Of a DNA stretch of 64,000 bases, positions 1 through 11,191 are shown in pieces (the first letter of the stretch is position 1; every line of letters begins with the position of its first letter). Below the pieces are notes generated by a model that was given only the letters and a program-made list of their open reading frames with translations, was not told where the DNA came from and ran no database searches. The position numbers and the translations under genes were made by a program. The DNA is from Promethearchaeota archaeon (GTDB taxonomy: Archaea; Asgardarchaeota; Lokiarchaeia; Sigyniarchaeales; SOKP01): positions 1 to 64,000 of the forward strand of contig JAHLWP010000013.1 of assembly GCA_019057865.1 (NCBI GenBank). The letters run 5' to 3'.

Positions 1-2130
1 GGCTTTCCGACCACGGAAATTAATAGAAAAAAAAATAAATACTTGAATACTAATAGAAAAAAAAGATTTTGAATCCATTCTTTTAATAATCTTTTCATTT
101 GGGATTATACCCACTGAATTCATTGCTATCTCCTCACTTTTAAAATTTACTTTTCCTTTATAGATATGATTTATGTCATATCCCTTACTGGTTAGAACAA
201 TATCTCTTCTTAATTCAAGATTATCTTTAGTAAATCTTCTAATATCCTTTAAACCTTGTTTTTCTCTTACAAATATTTTTTCTGGGTATTTTAGATATAT
301 ATATGACATTATGTAGATAATTATTCTATATAGTAAAGGATAATCAAAAGGACCTATAGATTGAGGAAAAATGTAATATGGAACAGAAAACTTTTTTGCA
401 ATCATTAAATTAGATAGATAGTCCAAAGATGCCCCGACATTAAAACTAGAAGAAAGGCTATATCCACTAATATCAATAAAACAAGTAGAATTTTGAATTA
501 TTTCTTTTAAATCATCTTCGGTTTGGTTTTTATATTTATTTCTTTCTATGTTGAAGAGGGGTTTTATGTAATTGAAACGAAGAGGACTTAAAAGATTAAG
601 TTTAGTCTCATCAAATAGAGAATAAGGCCATGGCATTACTTTAAAATTGTATTGAAATTTTTCATATTCGTCTCTTTTAAAAGCTACATTTGAAAAAAGG
701 TATATATCTCTATTTGGAAATCTTTCTTTAATTTGATCAACCACAGTGAAAGTCATAGCTTGGGAACCTTTGTTTGAAAAGTTTCCACCGACAATAATAA
801 AATTCTTTTTTGATGAAAGATTTGATGTTTTTCTTTTTCTAAATGAGATTGCTTCACTAAGGAAATATATTCCAATTGCTGTCAATGCGTTTATTGTTTT
901 TTTTACATATCTAAATATAGCACTCAAATTATGTCTTAAATCATGTAAAAATATCGCACGTTTCAATTTTGAAGAGTTGTAATTCCTTCCCAAGTTGATT
1001 TTTTTCTTTCTCTTTCTAAGATTTTGTCTAGTCTTTCTTTTTATTTTATTAGTACTTTTCATAAAACAATTAATAAAATCTAAGTTTTCTTTCTTATTTA
1101 AAAGACCTTGAGATATTTTTATTGATTTTATACTCGAATTTTCTATTTTAAATAAATGGGAATATTTTTCAAGCACCCTTTTTCCCTTTTCTGTTCTTAT
1201 GATCAAACTGGACCTGCCAGGGAACTCTTTACCGGATATATAACAATCGCCAAACGAAATATCCGATAATTGATTTAACTTATCAAGACAATAAAGACAT
1301 CTTTCAAGCTGAAAGTAATTTTTTACCTTCAGCCTCTCGCTTCTATCAATTATCAGTTCTCTACCAGAATCAAAATAAAGTTTTGGATGACCCGGCCATC
1401 CGTCTTTCTCCTTGTTTCTAAAATCAAATTTAACAAGTTTTTCGTCATTTCTTGAATATTTATCTTCAAAATAACGTATTATATTGAAATTAAGAGATTT
1501 CTCGCAAAAGAGACCAAAGAACAGTATTTTATCATCATCTACATTTTTTTCTTTAATATACTTTTTTATACCCTTGATTTGGCACGGGGTAGCCACTATT
1601 ACATAGTTAGGTTTTGTTTTTTTTTGCAGGATTTTAATAACATTATAAACAGAAGCGGGAATATATTTGGATTTTGCGGCATCTATAACATCGTTCTCAT
1701 TTTTTGCGCATTGTAGCCTTGCGGGTTGTCCCTTAAAAGTATCAAATGGTAAAATAAATGCCCCATTGATCTGTTTGTCGTTTAGAAGATTTGCAATCAA
1801 AGTTGTTATTAATCCTCCACTTGTAGAGTTTTTTAAAATTTCACTATTTTTGCTGTATGCGGAGTATGATTCTAAACAAGTTCCCGTTATTTTCTCTTCA
1901 AAATTATGGGACGATTCAAAATTCAATTTTCCGAGATCAATGCCTGGACAAACTTTTAAACAGAGTTGACAGTTAGTGCACTCATCTTTAACTCTCGGGA
2001 GAAATTGACCTCCTTCGTATTCCATTTTAATTGCGTTAACTGGACATAATGCATTACAGATCTCACATGAAACGCATAGTTTCAATTCAACAGTCTTTTC
2101 TATTGTGTAGATATTTTTAGATTTTTTCAT
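1..2130 (-). CDS. Fusion of 2x[4Fe-4S] ferredoxin + FrhB/F420-hydrogenase beta-like domain + polysaccharide pyruvyltransferase domain (3' end runs off the window)
   Basis: Manual translation from ATG 2130: CVSCEICNALCP...CTNCQLCLKVCP, STSGG, ATPCQI, CLYCLD..SDISFGD. The same frame continues with no stop through 781-1200 into FIIVGGNFSNKGSQAM (pyruvyltransferase N-terminus). It is absent from the ORF track, consistent with no stop inside the window. Confidence 0.8.
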   Translation of the reverse strand, partial: MKKSKNIYTIEKTVELKLCVSCEICNALCPVNAIKMEYEGGQFLPRVKDECTNCQLCLKVCPGIDLGKLNFESSHNFEEKITGTCLESYSAYSKNSEILKNSTSGGLITTLIANLLNDKQINGAFILPFDTFKGQPARLQCAKNENDVIDAAKSKYIPASVYNVIKILQKKTKPNYVIVATPCQIKGIKKYIKEKNVDDDKILFFGLFCEKSLNFNIIRYFEDKYSRNDEKLVKFDFRNKEKDGWPGHPKLYFDSGRELIIDRSERLKVKNYFQLERCLYCLDKLNQLSDISFGDCYISGKEFPGRSSLIIRTEKGKRVLEKYSHLFKIENSSIKSIKISQGLLNKKENLDFINCFMKSTNKIKRKTRQNLRKRKKKINLGRNYNSSKLKRAIFLHDLRHNLSAIFRYVKKTINALTAIGIYFLSEAISFRKRKTSNLSSKKNFIIVGGNFSNKGSQAMTFTVVDQIKERFPNRDIYLFSNVAFKRDEYEKFQYNFKVMPWPYSLFDETKLNLLSPLRFNYIKPLFNIERNKYKNQTEDDLKEIIQNSTCFIDISGYSLSSSFNVGASLDYLSNLMIAKKFSVPYYIFPQSIGPFDYPLLYRIIIYIMSYIYLKYPEKIFVREKQGLKDIRRFTKDNLELRRDIVLTSKGYDINHIYKGKVNFKSEEIAMNSVGIIPNEKIIKRMDSKSFFSISIQVFIFFSINFRGRKA

Positions 2131-2674
2131 TTTAAATATTTTTTTGTAAAATTTTGAATTGATAAATAATTTTATTTAATTCTTATAATATTCACATTTT
2201 TGTTATCTGGATAAATATTTCTTTTTCATTTATTCATTTTAAAGATAATTTTTTAAAATTCTTGTTCGAAATCAATATAATAACTCCAATCCAGTTGATA
2301 ATTTTGACTAACGGTATTTTCAATTTTATTCTTTTTTCAATAATTTTCTTCACTGTTAATAATAAAGCTTTAAACGCTTTTGTAATAGAAGAATCTCTTT
2401 AATTAATTCTTTATCTAGATTGCGAGAAAAATAAAAATATCCAAAATTTTTACAGTTTTCAATCTTATGATTTAAAATCAATATTTTTATCAAGTACTAA
2501 TTTAGTTTAACTACTCAATATTAAAATATAATATCAATAAAGATATTTAGTATTAATTTTTAATTAATAATAATCATCCACCAGGTTCAGAATCACCTCT
2601 TTTATTGCTAAGAAAATCATTAGAGATTATACTGTTTTGTGAAATTATCTAATACGTTATAAATATTAATTAAA

Positions 2675-3724
2675 ATGATCATAAAACTAAAAATATTAAT
2701 AAAGAAAAAGCATAATAATAAAAATGAAGAGAGGATTAATGTGATCAAAAACGATTTGATATCTGTTATTATCCCAACATACAATCGAGAAAAAACTATT
2801 TTGAGGGCTGTTCAAAGTGTATTAGATCAAACATATCAAAATTTCGAAATCATAATCGTAGATGATTGTTCATCCGATAAGACCGTTAAAATTATTAAGC
2901 CTTTATTGGAAAAAGATATGCGAATTAAACTTTTACTAAACGAGAAAAACCAAGGTCCAAATTATTCAAGAAATCGAGGAATAAAGAACTCTAAGGGTGA
3001 ATATATCGCACTTTTAGACTCGGATGATGAATGGCTTTCAGAGAAATTAGAAAATCAGCTACAAAAATTTAAAAATAATAGTGAGAATGTCGGGCTTGTA
3101 TATTGCGGTGTAGCAATAATTAATGTTCTGAATAAAAGTAAAGAGATAATTTCTCCAAAGTATCGAGGGAACGTTCTAAAAAATTTATCGATTAGAAATA
3201 TTATTACTGGAGGAGGTAGTGGTTCATTAATTAAACGAAAAGTGTTCGAAAAATGTGGTTTTTTTGATGAACATGAATCTTTGAGAAGAGGTGGATCTCA
3301 AGATTATGAAATGTGGATTCGGATTTCTCAATATTTTGAATTTGAGTACGTGAATGACGTATTATTAAATGTTTATCTTTATAATGATTGTATCACATAC
3401 ATTACTTCTGTCAAAAATCTAATCAATAAAATAAAAGCTATTTTACATATATGGGGGAAATATAAAAAATTTTTTCAAGAAATACCTGATGCATATATAT
3501 CTCATTGCTATAGATTATTTATTAGTTTAAACTTATTAAAAAATAAAAAAATGTCCCGAAAAGTAATTTTTATGGCATTAAAAAAAAAAATGTTTAGAAT
3601 TAGGACTTATTATTATTTAATTTATTATCTACATAATTATTATTCAATCTATGACATAATTTCAAAATTAGCTAGAATTAAAAGTCTCTCGTATGTTAGT
3701 AAATTTATATATCGTCCCGTTTGA
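2675..3724 (+). CDS. GT2 glycosyltransferase (likely start GTG 2741 after GAGGA)
   Basis: ISVIIPTYNR, IIVDDCSSD, ALLDSDD, QDYEMW motifs. Confidence 0.9.
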   Translation: MIIKLKILIKKKHNNKNEERINVIKNDLISVIIPTYNREKTILRAVQSVLDQTYQNFEIIIVDDCSSDKTVKIIKPLLEKDMRIKLLLNEKNQGPNYSRNRGIKNSKGEYIALLDSDDEWLSEKLENQLQKFKNNSENVGLVYCGVAIINVLNKSKEIISPKYRGNVLKNLSIRNIITGGGSGSLIKRKVFEKCGFFDEHESLRRGGSQDYEMWIRISQYFEFEYVNDVLLNVYLYNDCITYITSVKNLINKIKAILHIWGKYKKFFQEIPDAYISHCYRLFISLNLLKNKKMSRKVIFMALKKKMFRIRTYYYLIYYLHNYYSIYDIISKLARIKSLSYVSKFIYRPV

Positions 3725-3850
3725 AGAACTCTTAGAGAAATTGTAAAAATTTTATATTTGAAGGTCGTTTTAAAAAATTAGTTTTAAGAGGACAAGAAAT
3801 TTTTAGAAGTAAAAATTTTATATTTAATATACCAACCAAAGAATGCATAG

Positions 3851-6316
3851 ATGAAATCAAAACAAATTGTTCGGAATTCAATAATTACAACATTTGTTTA
3901 TCTTTTTATTTGTCTATATTTCCTATTTTTAGTTCAAACTTATATTATTCCTAATGATTTTAATATTTCAATCATTTTATTACTTGGTTTCGCCATAGTT
4001 ATAACCGGGATATTTTACTTCTTTTTGAAGATTAATTCTTATAATAATATAATCGCCAGAGTAAAAATATTAGACGAAAATATAATAAAAACAATACTAA
4101 TGGCATTAATGGGAATAGCTATTTTTATTCCACCCGTCTCATTTAGCGATGTAATCATAGCTTGGAATCAAATTTACATTTTAAATTATTTTAGAGCAGT
4201 TGTATTTCTTATTGGGGCTCTATTTATACCAGGAGCATGCATCTTTAATCTTATCTTCTCGAAGAGCACCATTCATGAGAGGCTAAATGTCGAGTCTTTC
4301 TTAGTTAAACTTACAATCTATCCAATTATCTCCTTAATATTTTTAGGAAGTATAACATTAATTCTTGATTTTATTGGATTCACAAGAAACTCCATCTTTC
4401 TCTTCTTATTCTTTTCATTTATATTCCTCTTTTATTTAGATATACTTTTTCAAAAAAATCGCGGAACCAAATTAAAAATTAAAACCACTGAGATAACAAT
4501 TTCAAGGGACACTTTTTTAATTTTATTTATAGGATTAGGTATCATAATTATCGCTTTAGGGGTTCTTTTATCATCCCATCAATATATTCTTGCAGGAGAT
4601 CGATGGAGAGGAATTTCTTCGGCTTCATTAATAGGGAATGGTGATTTTGGATCATCTCAAAATACATATGCAAAATATTGGGGGTGTGTTAGTTTTGGTT
4701 TAAGTGTATTATGTGGTATTCCTTATATTAATACCAATGTTTTACTATTTCTCTTTTTATATTTATCTATTACTTCGATTTATCTTCTTACAAAAATCCT
4801 ATTAAAGAATATGAATGAGAAATTTTGCGTTCTATCTTCTATTTTTATAGCAATATTATTCCGTCCTCACTTGCTAATTTTTCAATTTTCATATCATAGT
4901 TTTGCCTTTTTCTCGCTTTTTATATCCTTAACCCTATTTTTTATCGTAATTAAATCAGATCATTTAGAAAATAAACAAAAGTTAACTACCGAAAATATAA
5001 TACTTCTTGCCTTTTCTTCTTTATTTCTTGTTCAAAGTCTTATGTCATATATACTTCCAGCTTTAATGGGAATAGTAATAGTTTTTTTATATTGCCTATT
5101 TTCAACTAATATTAAGCAATATATTAGAGTTCTTTTAATTTTTTATGTTCTTTTTATAATATTTCTTCTTATTTTTGATTTAATTGCTTTTAATTTCTTT
5201 AGTTTTTCGTGTTTTCAGCATTTATCGGGATTTTCGGGAATTCCTTTTAATTTCGTGCACGTAACACCATATTCATTGAGAATCACCCTTACTTCTTTGC
5301 TTTTCTACACCCTTTTATTGAGTTCTTTTTTTTTACTATCTTTTGTATATAAATTTTCAAGACGTTTATCAATTATAATTAATAAGATAAAGTTGAAAAT
5401 AAACTTCATATTAGAGAAAAAACACAAATATTTGTTTGTCTTTATATTCACTTTTTTTTCAATTTGTTTATTAATAACTAATTTGGATTTACGGTTTTTA
5501 ATTTTGTATTCAAGAGCATCTAATTTGCATTTAAGTTTTTTAAGTTTCTATTTAAATACTTTAATTGTTAGTATAGGATTTTTTGGTATTTTTGGAATAT
5601 ATTTATCTTTTTTTTGTTTTAAAGAAAATAAAAATATGTTCTTTTTTTTATTTTCTTGGATTGTTTTAATAATAGGATTGGCTTCATCATTAATATTTTT
5701 GAGATGGATGCAGTATCCTACTTCCCTCGTCTCTAACATTCCAGAAGATTATTATCGTTACATGGTATATTGGTTTTCAAGAACTTGGTATTATTCAACG
5801 ATTCCTCTCTCCATTTTTGCTTCAATTGGGTTAATAAAATTAATTCAAAAGGTAAAATCTCGCGGCTGGTTTAAAGTAAAGAGATATAAGGAAAAAAAAT
5901 CATTCGAATCCTTATCTTTAATAGCCCTTTTTATCTTTCTTTCGCTTTCAACTCCAATAACTATAATAACGTATTGGGATAATTATTACGCCACTACAAA
6001 CGAAGAAGCTCAAATAATCGGTTGGACTTCAAAAAATATACCAAAAGACTCTGAAATTCTTATTACTAGGTGGCAATTCAGGGAGAGGTTGGAAAAGGAT
6101 CTCTACTTGTATAAAACTTATTATATTCACGAAGTGATGAATAATACTAATTATAACATTGAAGAATTAATTGGTAATTTAACCTCACAGAAAATATATT
6201 ATTTCATTTTCGATAAACAATACGAATCTAAATATATAGAATTATTAAATAACTTTTATACTATAAAATTGTATGAATATGGAAGCTTCTCAGTAATGTC
6301 AAATAAATCCATTTAA
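3851..6316 (+). CDS. Large polytopic membrane protein, GT-C-like glycosyltransferase candidate
   Basis: Many hydrophobic segments; LAGDRW loop motif; soluble C-terminal domain (WTSKNIPKDSEIL). Confidence 0.6.
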   Translation: MKSKQIVRNSIITTFVYLFICLYFLFLVQTYIIPNDFNISIILLLGFAIVITGIFYFFLKINSYNNIIARVKILDENIIKTILMALMGIAIFIPPVSFSDVIIAWNQIYILNYFRAVVFLIGALFIPGACIFNLIFSKSTIHERLNVESFLVKLTIYPIISLIFLGSITLILDFIGFTRNSIFLFLFFSFIFLFYLDILFQKNRGTKLKIKTTEITISRDTFLILFIGLGIIIIALGVLLSSHQYILAGDRWRGISSASLIGNGDFGSSQNTYAKYWGCVSFGLSVLCGIPYINTNVLLFLFLYLSITSIYLLTKILLKNMNEKFCVLSSIFIAILFRPHLLIFQFSYHSFAFFSLFISLTLFFIVIKSDHLENKQKLTTENIILLAFSSLFLVQSLMSYILPALMGIVIVFLYCLFSTNIKQYIRVLLIFYVLFIIFLLIFDLIAFNFFSFSCFQHLSGFSGIPFNFVHVTPYSLRITLTSLLFYTLLLSSFFLLSFVYKFSRRLSIIINKIKLKINFILEKKHKYLFVFIFTFFSICLLITNLDLRFLILYSRASNLHLSFLSFYLNTLIVSIGFFGIFGIYLSFFCFKENKNMFFFLFSWIVLIIGLASSLIFLRWMQYPTSLVSNIPEDYYRYMVYWFSRTWYYSTIPLSIFASIGLIKLIQKVKSRGWFKVKRYKEKKSFESLSLIALFIFLSLSTPITIITYWDNYYATTNEEAQIIGWTSKNIPKDSEILITRWQFRERLEKDLYLYKTYYIHEVMNNTNYNIEELIGNLTSQKIYYFIFDKQYESKYIELLNNFYTIKLYEYGSFSVMSNKSI

Positions 6317-6428
6317 GAGATTCTTTTGGATTGTAATTATAATATAAAAATACTAGAAACTAAGAAGAGATATATTGTCGGAAATCTCTAAGTGTACCTC
6401 GATAACTCACAATAGAAAAATAAAAATA

Positions 6429-7598
6429 TTAAAATTTTATTTTCGATTTTATAAAATGAATTTGTGCATTTACAATATCTTTTATATCATAATTAGATAT
6501 AACAAATTCTCTGGCGTTCTTAATAATCTTATTTCGCATAGCTACATCATTCTTAAAAAGGAGTAATTTTTCTAGAAGGTTATTTTGATTAAACGGATCA
6601 AATAAAAAACCTGTTTTTTCATGTTTAATAATATCACGATTTCCTTTAACATTCGAAGCAATTATAAACGTATTGGTTAATGCGGCTTCTAATATTATCA
6701 TGGGGACTCCCTCTCCAAATGAGGGATGAATCAAGACATCTAGTTTACTATATATCTCCGATTTATTTGCCTTAAAACCCATAAGAAGAATTTTATTGCT
6801 AAGATTATATTTTTTAACATAATCTGAGATAAAATATATTTCTGGACCCATTCCAAAAATTAATAATTTATCGTTTGGAAAATGAGTTAAATACAATTTA
6901 AAGGTTTTTATTAAAAATCTAATATTTTTTGTTTTTATCAATCTCCCAACATACCCAAAATTAATCCCATTATGAGAATCTTTCTTAATATTATCAAAAG
7001 TGTCGGATTGAATTCCATTTGGGATTAAAACAATGTTATCTCTCTTTAGATTTAATTCAATTAAGTCATTATAAATATCTTGATTAATAGCTTGTACATA
7101 AACTCTTTCTCGCTTGAGAATATGTTTTTTAAAAAATTTCATCCAACCATAATGTAAAATTTTAAAAATTCTTGATTTAGATTTTGAATAAAAAAATTCC
7201 CTATCGTAGGTCTCAAAATTAGTTGGAGTAATAATTAAAATAGGTATTTTAAGAATATAATTTAGTATTGATGGGATAAATACTTCATAATAAGAGAATC
7301 GGAATAAAAATAATACATCTATCTTCCTAGCTTTATTTAAGGATATTATCTTGGAAAATCCCTTTAAATTGAAATAAATGGTATTTATTTGTCTAATTTT
7401 AAATTTATTAAATTGATATATTTTTAAGTTATTAGAAATTGGTTTATACTGTGAATATTTTGTTATAAGAGAGATATTAAGATTCTGCTTTTTTTCAAAT
7501 TCAGATAATAATTGAACGATTTGACTTGCTATCCCTCCTTCTTCAAAAGCAAAATTCCGATTTTTATGAGTATTTGAAATATAAATACAAAAATGAAT
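6429..7598 (-). CDS. GT4 glycosyltransferase; extended to a probable ATT start at 7598 (track gives 7142)
   Basis: IPNG, YVGRL..KN, PSFGEGVPMIILEAA. The frame is open from 7142 to 7598 and encodes the GT4 N-terminal EEGGIASQ; GGTGA lies 5 nt upstream of the ATT. Confidence 0.85.
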   Translation of the reverse strand: MHFCIYISNTHKNRNFAFEEGGIASQIVQLLSEFEKKQNLNISLITKYSQYKPISNNLKIYQFNKFKIRQINTIYFNLKGFSKIISLNKARKIDVLFLFRFSYYEVFIPSILNYILKIPILIITPTNFETYDREFFYSKSKSRIFKILHYGWMKFFKKHILKRERVYVQAINQDIYNDLIELNLKRDNIVLIPNGIQSDTFDNIKKDSHNGINFGYVGRLIKTKNIRFLIKTFKLYLTHFPNDKLLIFGMGPEIYFISDYVKKYNLSNKILLMGFKANKSEIYSKLDVLIHPSFGEGVPMIILEAALTNTFIIASNVKGNRDIIKHEKTGFLFDPFNQNNLLEKLLLFKNDVAMRNKIIKNAREFVISNYDIKDIVNAQIHFIKSKIKF

Positions 7599-7613
7599 TT
7601 AAATCACCAATTA

Positions 7614-8468
7614 CTATATTTTGTTTTTGTTTTTTTTAATCGTATATAAAGTTAATATGTAATCCTGAAGGTTAATTAAATGAGTATATATTTTTTTACC
7701 AAAAATCAAACCAAATAAATTTCTTGATATTGATATCCAAAATCTTAAATAATTCCAAAGTATTAATTTTAATCCAAATCTTTTAAAATCATTTTTATAT
7801 TTTCTGAAAAAATAAATTGTGCTATCTATTATATTTTTAAAATTATAGCTTAATTGATTAACGGATTCATATTTAATCGATAATTTTTCTGGTACATAAT
7901 CAAAGTTACATAATTTTGCTATCTGAATAAATAGATCATATTCATCATGATATTTTAAATTTAAATCAAAATAAGGTGTAAATTCTTTTTCAATCAAAGG
8001 CGACTCAGTTCCTTTTACCGAAAAAGAAGTAAGTAATGACTTATATACATTTCCTCTTGCACGATTTTTCCAAACTCTATTTATATTTCCTCCATTGTAT
8101 TCAACATCACAAACTACTGCTCCTAGATTTTCAATATTAGATTTCTTAAACTTATTTATTTGAAGTTCAGTTTTATTTGGTAGAATTTGATCATCATCAT
8201 CCAGAAAATTTATATATTTTCCTTTAGAATAGAAAATTCCCTTATTTCTACTAAATTGAGGTCCTCTGTTAATTCTATTTTTAAAGTACCTTAACCTTGA
8301 ATCTTTAATTCCCTTAACAAAATTTTCAGTATTGTCTTTAGAATTATCATCAATTATAATTAATTCCAAATCTGTAATTGTTTGATTAAGTACTGAATTT
8401 ATTGCTCTTTTAAGATAGTTAACTCTATTAAAGGTAGGAATTATAAATGAAACTAAAGGCTCATTCAT
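7614..8468 (-). CDS. GT2 glycosyltransferase
   Basis: VSFIIPTFNR, IIDDNSKD, FLDDDD. Confidence 0.9.
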   Translation of the reverse strand: MNEPLVSFIIPTFNRVNYLKRAINSVLNQTITDLELIIIDDNSKDNTENFVKGIKDSRLRYFKNRINRGPQFSRNKGIFYSKGKYINFLDDDDQILPNKTELQINKFKKSNIENLGAVVCDVEYNGGNINRVWKNRARGNVYKSLLTSFSVKGTESPLIEKEFTPYFDLNLKYHDEYDLFIQIAKLCNFDYVPEKLSIKYESVNQLSYNFKNIIDSTIYFFRKYKNDFKRFGLKLILWNYLRFWISISRNLFGLIFGKKIYTHLINLQDYILTLYTIKKNKNKI

Positions 8469-8990
8469 GTGATTTTCAATATTATATTAATCTGGTTTAT
8501 AATAGATTAGAATTTGAGAAATTATTCTACTTATATAAATATTCTGATAAAAATATATATATGTTTTTTTAATTCTACTAAATATTGTGTAAACGCTTTA
8601 ACGAATTATTTTAAGAAATTGCTTTTTTTCATTCTCGTTCCTTTACTGAATATAAATCGAGTGAGGAACTATAAAATGTCATATGTTATTCTTAATTTCT
8701 CAAATCCATATTTTTGTTTTTGTTTTTGAATTTTCGACTTAAGTTCTAGCATTTTTTTGGATTCTTCCTTTTCCCAAAAAGATTCTAAGCGTCCAAAAAT
8801 GAATTTAATCAATGCATTGTAGGTCTAAACCTCAAAAAAAAATTTAGGTGTAATTGGATTTCAGCGAATTATATTTATGCTAAATATTTCTCTGAAATGT
8901 TTATTATTAAATTATATGGATGATTTTAACTAAAATTTAAAATAGATTAAAAACTAAAAAACTCAAGAATTTCATTTTAAAATTAAAAAT

Positions 8991-10052
8991 ATGAAAGAAA
9001 TCGATCAAAAACATTTAGTCTCTGTTATAATGCCCGTATATAATTCACAGAATTATCTAACAGATGCAATCGAAAGTGTTTTGAATCAAACATATAAAAA
9101 CTTCGAATTTATTATTATTGATGATTATTCAACAGATAGATCTTGGGAAATTATCAAGAAGTATTCTGATAATGATAAGAGGATAAAGAAATTTAGAAAT
9201 AAAAAAAATTTAGGAATTGCTAAAACAAGGAACAAAGGTTTTAAGTTAGTAAAAAAAAATTCAAAATATTATGCTATATTTGATTCTGATGATATTTTAA
9301 CACCTAATAGAATTGAGGAGCAAGTAAAGTTTTTAGAAAAAAATGAAAATTATGCTCTAATTGGTTCTCACATTATCATTATCGATAATGATGGTAAAGA
9401 AATTGGTATTAGACGATATAAAACAAATAATTTGGATATTAAAAAAAGGATGTTTTTTTATAATCCTATCGCACAATCTGCTGTTATGATAAGAGCATCT
9501 GTTCTTGAGGAAGTTGGTTATTATGATGAAAATTATTCTGGGTGTGAAGATTATGATTTATGGCTGAGGGTTGCAGAAAAATATAAGATTGCAAATATTA
9601 ATAAACCTTTAGTTAAGTACAGAATTAGTCCAACTCAATTTAAAACGACTCGATTAAAAGAAACTTTACGAATGACTATTAATATCCAAAAGAAATGGCT
9701 CTCTAAAAAAAATTCTTTTAATGCTTTAGCTGTTATTAATTTAATATACGATTTTATTATTGTACCAACATATAAAGATTCACCTTATGGTTCTACTAAA
9801 ATATCTGGTTCCTTTGGCGATGCCGTATCTTTTGGGATGCCTTTCCTCTTACCAAATTACTATGCTGAAGGTTATTATTTTCCTGAAAATATTATCCGAT
9901 TTGATGACGATTCACTCGAAAATACCTTACTTGATTGTATCAATATCAAATTTAATAAAAATGAGTATATAAAACTTAAAAATTCGGTTATATTATATTC
10001 AGAAAAGTTGAGCAATGTAATGAAAAGAGTGGATTTCACCAATTTAATTTGA
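8991..10052 (+). CDS. GT2 glycosyltransferase with an appended GT-B-like C-terminal fragment (chimera)
   Basis: VSVIMPVYN, IFDSDD, EDYDLW; the tail YDFIIVP..YG..KISG..GDAVSFGMP is absent from the downstream paralog. Confidence 0.8.
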   Translation: MKEIDQKHLVSVIMPVYNSQNYLTDAIESVLNQTYKNFEFIIIDDYSTDRSWEIIKKYSDNDKRIKKFRNKKNLGIAKTRNKGFKLVKKNSKYYAIFDSDDILTPNRIEEQVKFLEKNENYALIGSHIIIIDNDGKEIGIRRYKTNNLDIKKRMFFYNPIAQSAVMIRASVLEEVGYYDENYSGCEDYDLWLRVAEKYKIANINKPLVKYRISPTQFKTTRLKETLRMTINIQKKWLSKKNSFNALAVINLIYDFIIVPTYKDSPYGSTKISGSFGDAVSFGMPFLLPNYYAEGYYFPENIIRFDDDSLENTLLDCINIKFNKNEYIKLKNSVILYSEKLSNVMKRVDFTNLI

Positions 10053-10201
10053 TAAAATAAAAAAAAGATAATTAGGGAATAATATTGAACTTATTAATTC
10101 GAAGAAGTAGCTGTATATATCATATAAAAACTTATTTGATTTACATAGGATATTTTATTCAATATTATTTGCATAATTAATATTTTTTAGAGGTAATATG
10201 A

Positions 10202-11020
10202 ATGAATAGTGAATATCCATTAGTCACCGTATTTACTCCTAATTATAATAATTCAAAATATATATCAGAAACAATTGAAAGTATACTTAATCAAAGCTAC
10301 TCAAATTTTGAATATATTATAATTGATGATTGCTCAACAGATGATAGTTGGAAAATCATCACAAAATATGCTAAAGAAGATAAAAGAATTAAACCATATA
10401 GAAATAAAAAAAATCTAGGCATTGTAAAAACCCGTAATAGAGGCTTTCTGTTAAGTTCACCAGAAGCAAAATATTTTGCAATAATTGATAGTGACGATGT
10501 TGCTATAGAAAATAGAATAAAAATTCAAGTAGATTTTTTAGAACAAAATCCTGATTATGGTTTAGTTGGAAGTGACACCCTTATAATAAATGAAAATTCT
10601 CAAATTATAGGTTATCGAAAATTCCCCAGCACCAATAAAAGTATTAAAAAAATAATAACAAGATATAATCCATTTGCTCAATCTAGTATTGTTATAAGAA
10701 AAAGTGTAATTAAAGAAGTTGGAGTTTATGATATAAATTGGGACGTTTGTCAAGATTATGATTATTGGTTAAGAGTAGGAATTAGATGGAAACTTGCAAA
10801 TATCAACAAACCACTTATTAAATATAGATTGAGTACTACACAAATTAAAATTAGGAAATTAAAAAGAACAATATATAATACCTATAGAATACAGGAAAAA
10901 GCGATAAAGAATTATGGATATAAAGACAATTTATATAACAGGCTTATAAGGATTATATTGAGATGTCTTTTAATTTATCCTAAATTAGCTTATTATTTAT
11001 ATACTAAAATTATATATTAA
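10202..11020 (+). CDS. GT2 glycosyltransferase (paralog of 8991..10052)
   Basis: VTVFTPNYN, IIDSDD, QDYDYW; clear similarity to the upstream ORF. Confidence 0.9.
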   Translation: MNSEYPLVTVFTPNYNNSKYISETIESILNQSYSNFEYIIIDDCSTDDSWKIITKYAKEDKRIKPYRNKKNLGIVKTRNRGFLLSSPEAKYFAIIDSDDVAIENRIKIQVDFLEQNPDYGLVGSDTLIINENSQIIGYRKFPSTNKSIKKIITRYNPFAQSSIVIRKSVIKEVGVYDINWDVCQDYDYWLRVGIRWKLANINKPLIKYRLSTTQIKIRKLKRTIYNTYRIQEKAIKNYGYKDNLYNRLIRIILRCLLIYPKLAYYLYTKIIY

Positions 11021-11191
11021 AATTATTTTAATTTGAAAGAATGTATTAAGTTATAGTGGAAGTATTTCTTAATTTTAGTTGATTTGATTTAGAATTAATA
11101 TTATATTAATCTTCATAATTTTTTTTTAATCTCTTAAAATATATAAGATTGTTGTTATAAACTTTTAAAATAATCTTTTAATATTTTTTGT

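Noticed and set aside
746-1969. Plus-strand ORFs 746..982 and 1667..1969
   Set aside because: Antisense to the FrhB-pyruvyltransferase fusion
2350-2462. Short minus-strand frame (MKTVKIFGYFYFSRNLDKEL) resembling a pyruvyltransferase N-terminus
   Set aside because: Only 35 codons with weak similarity; cannot be supported without a search
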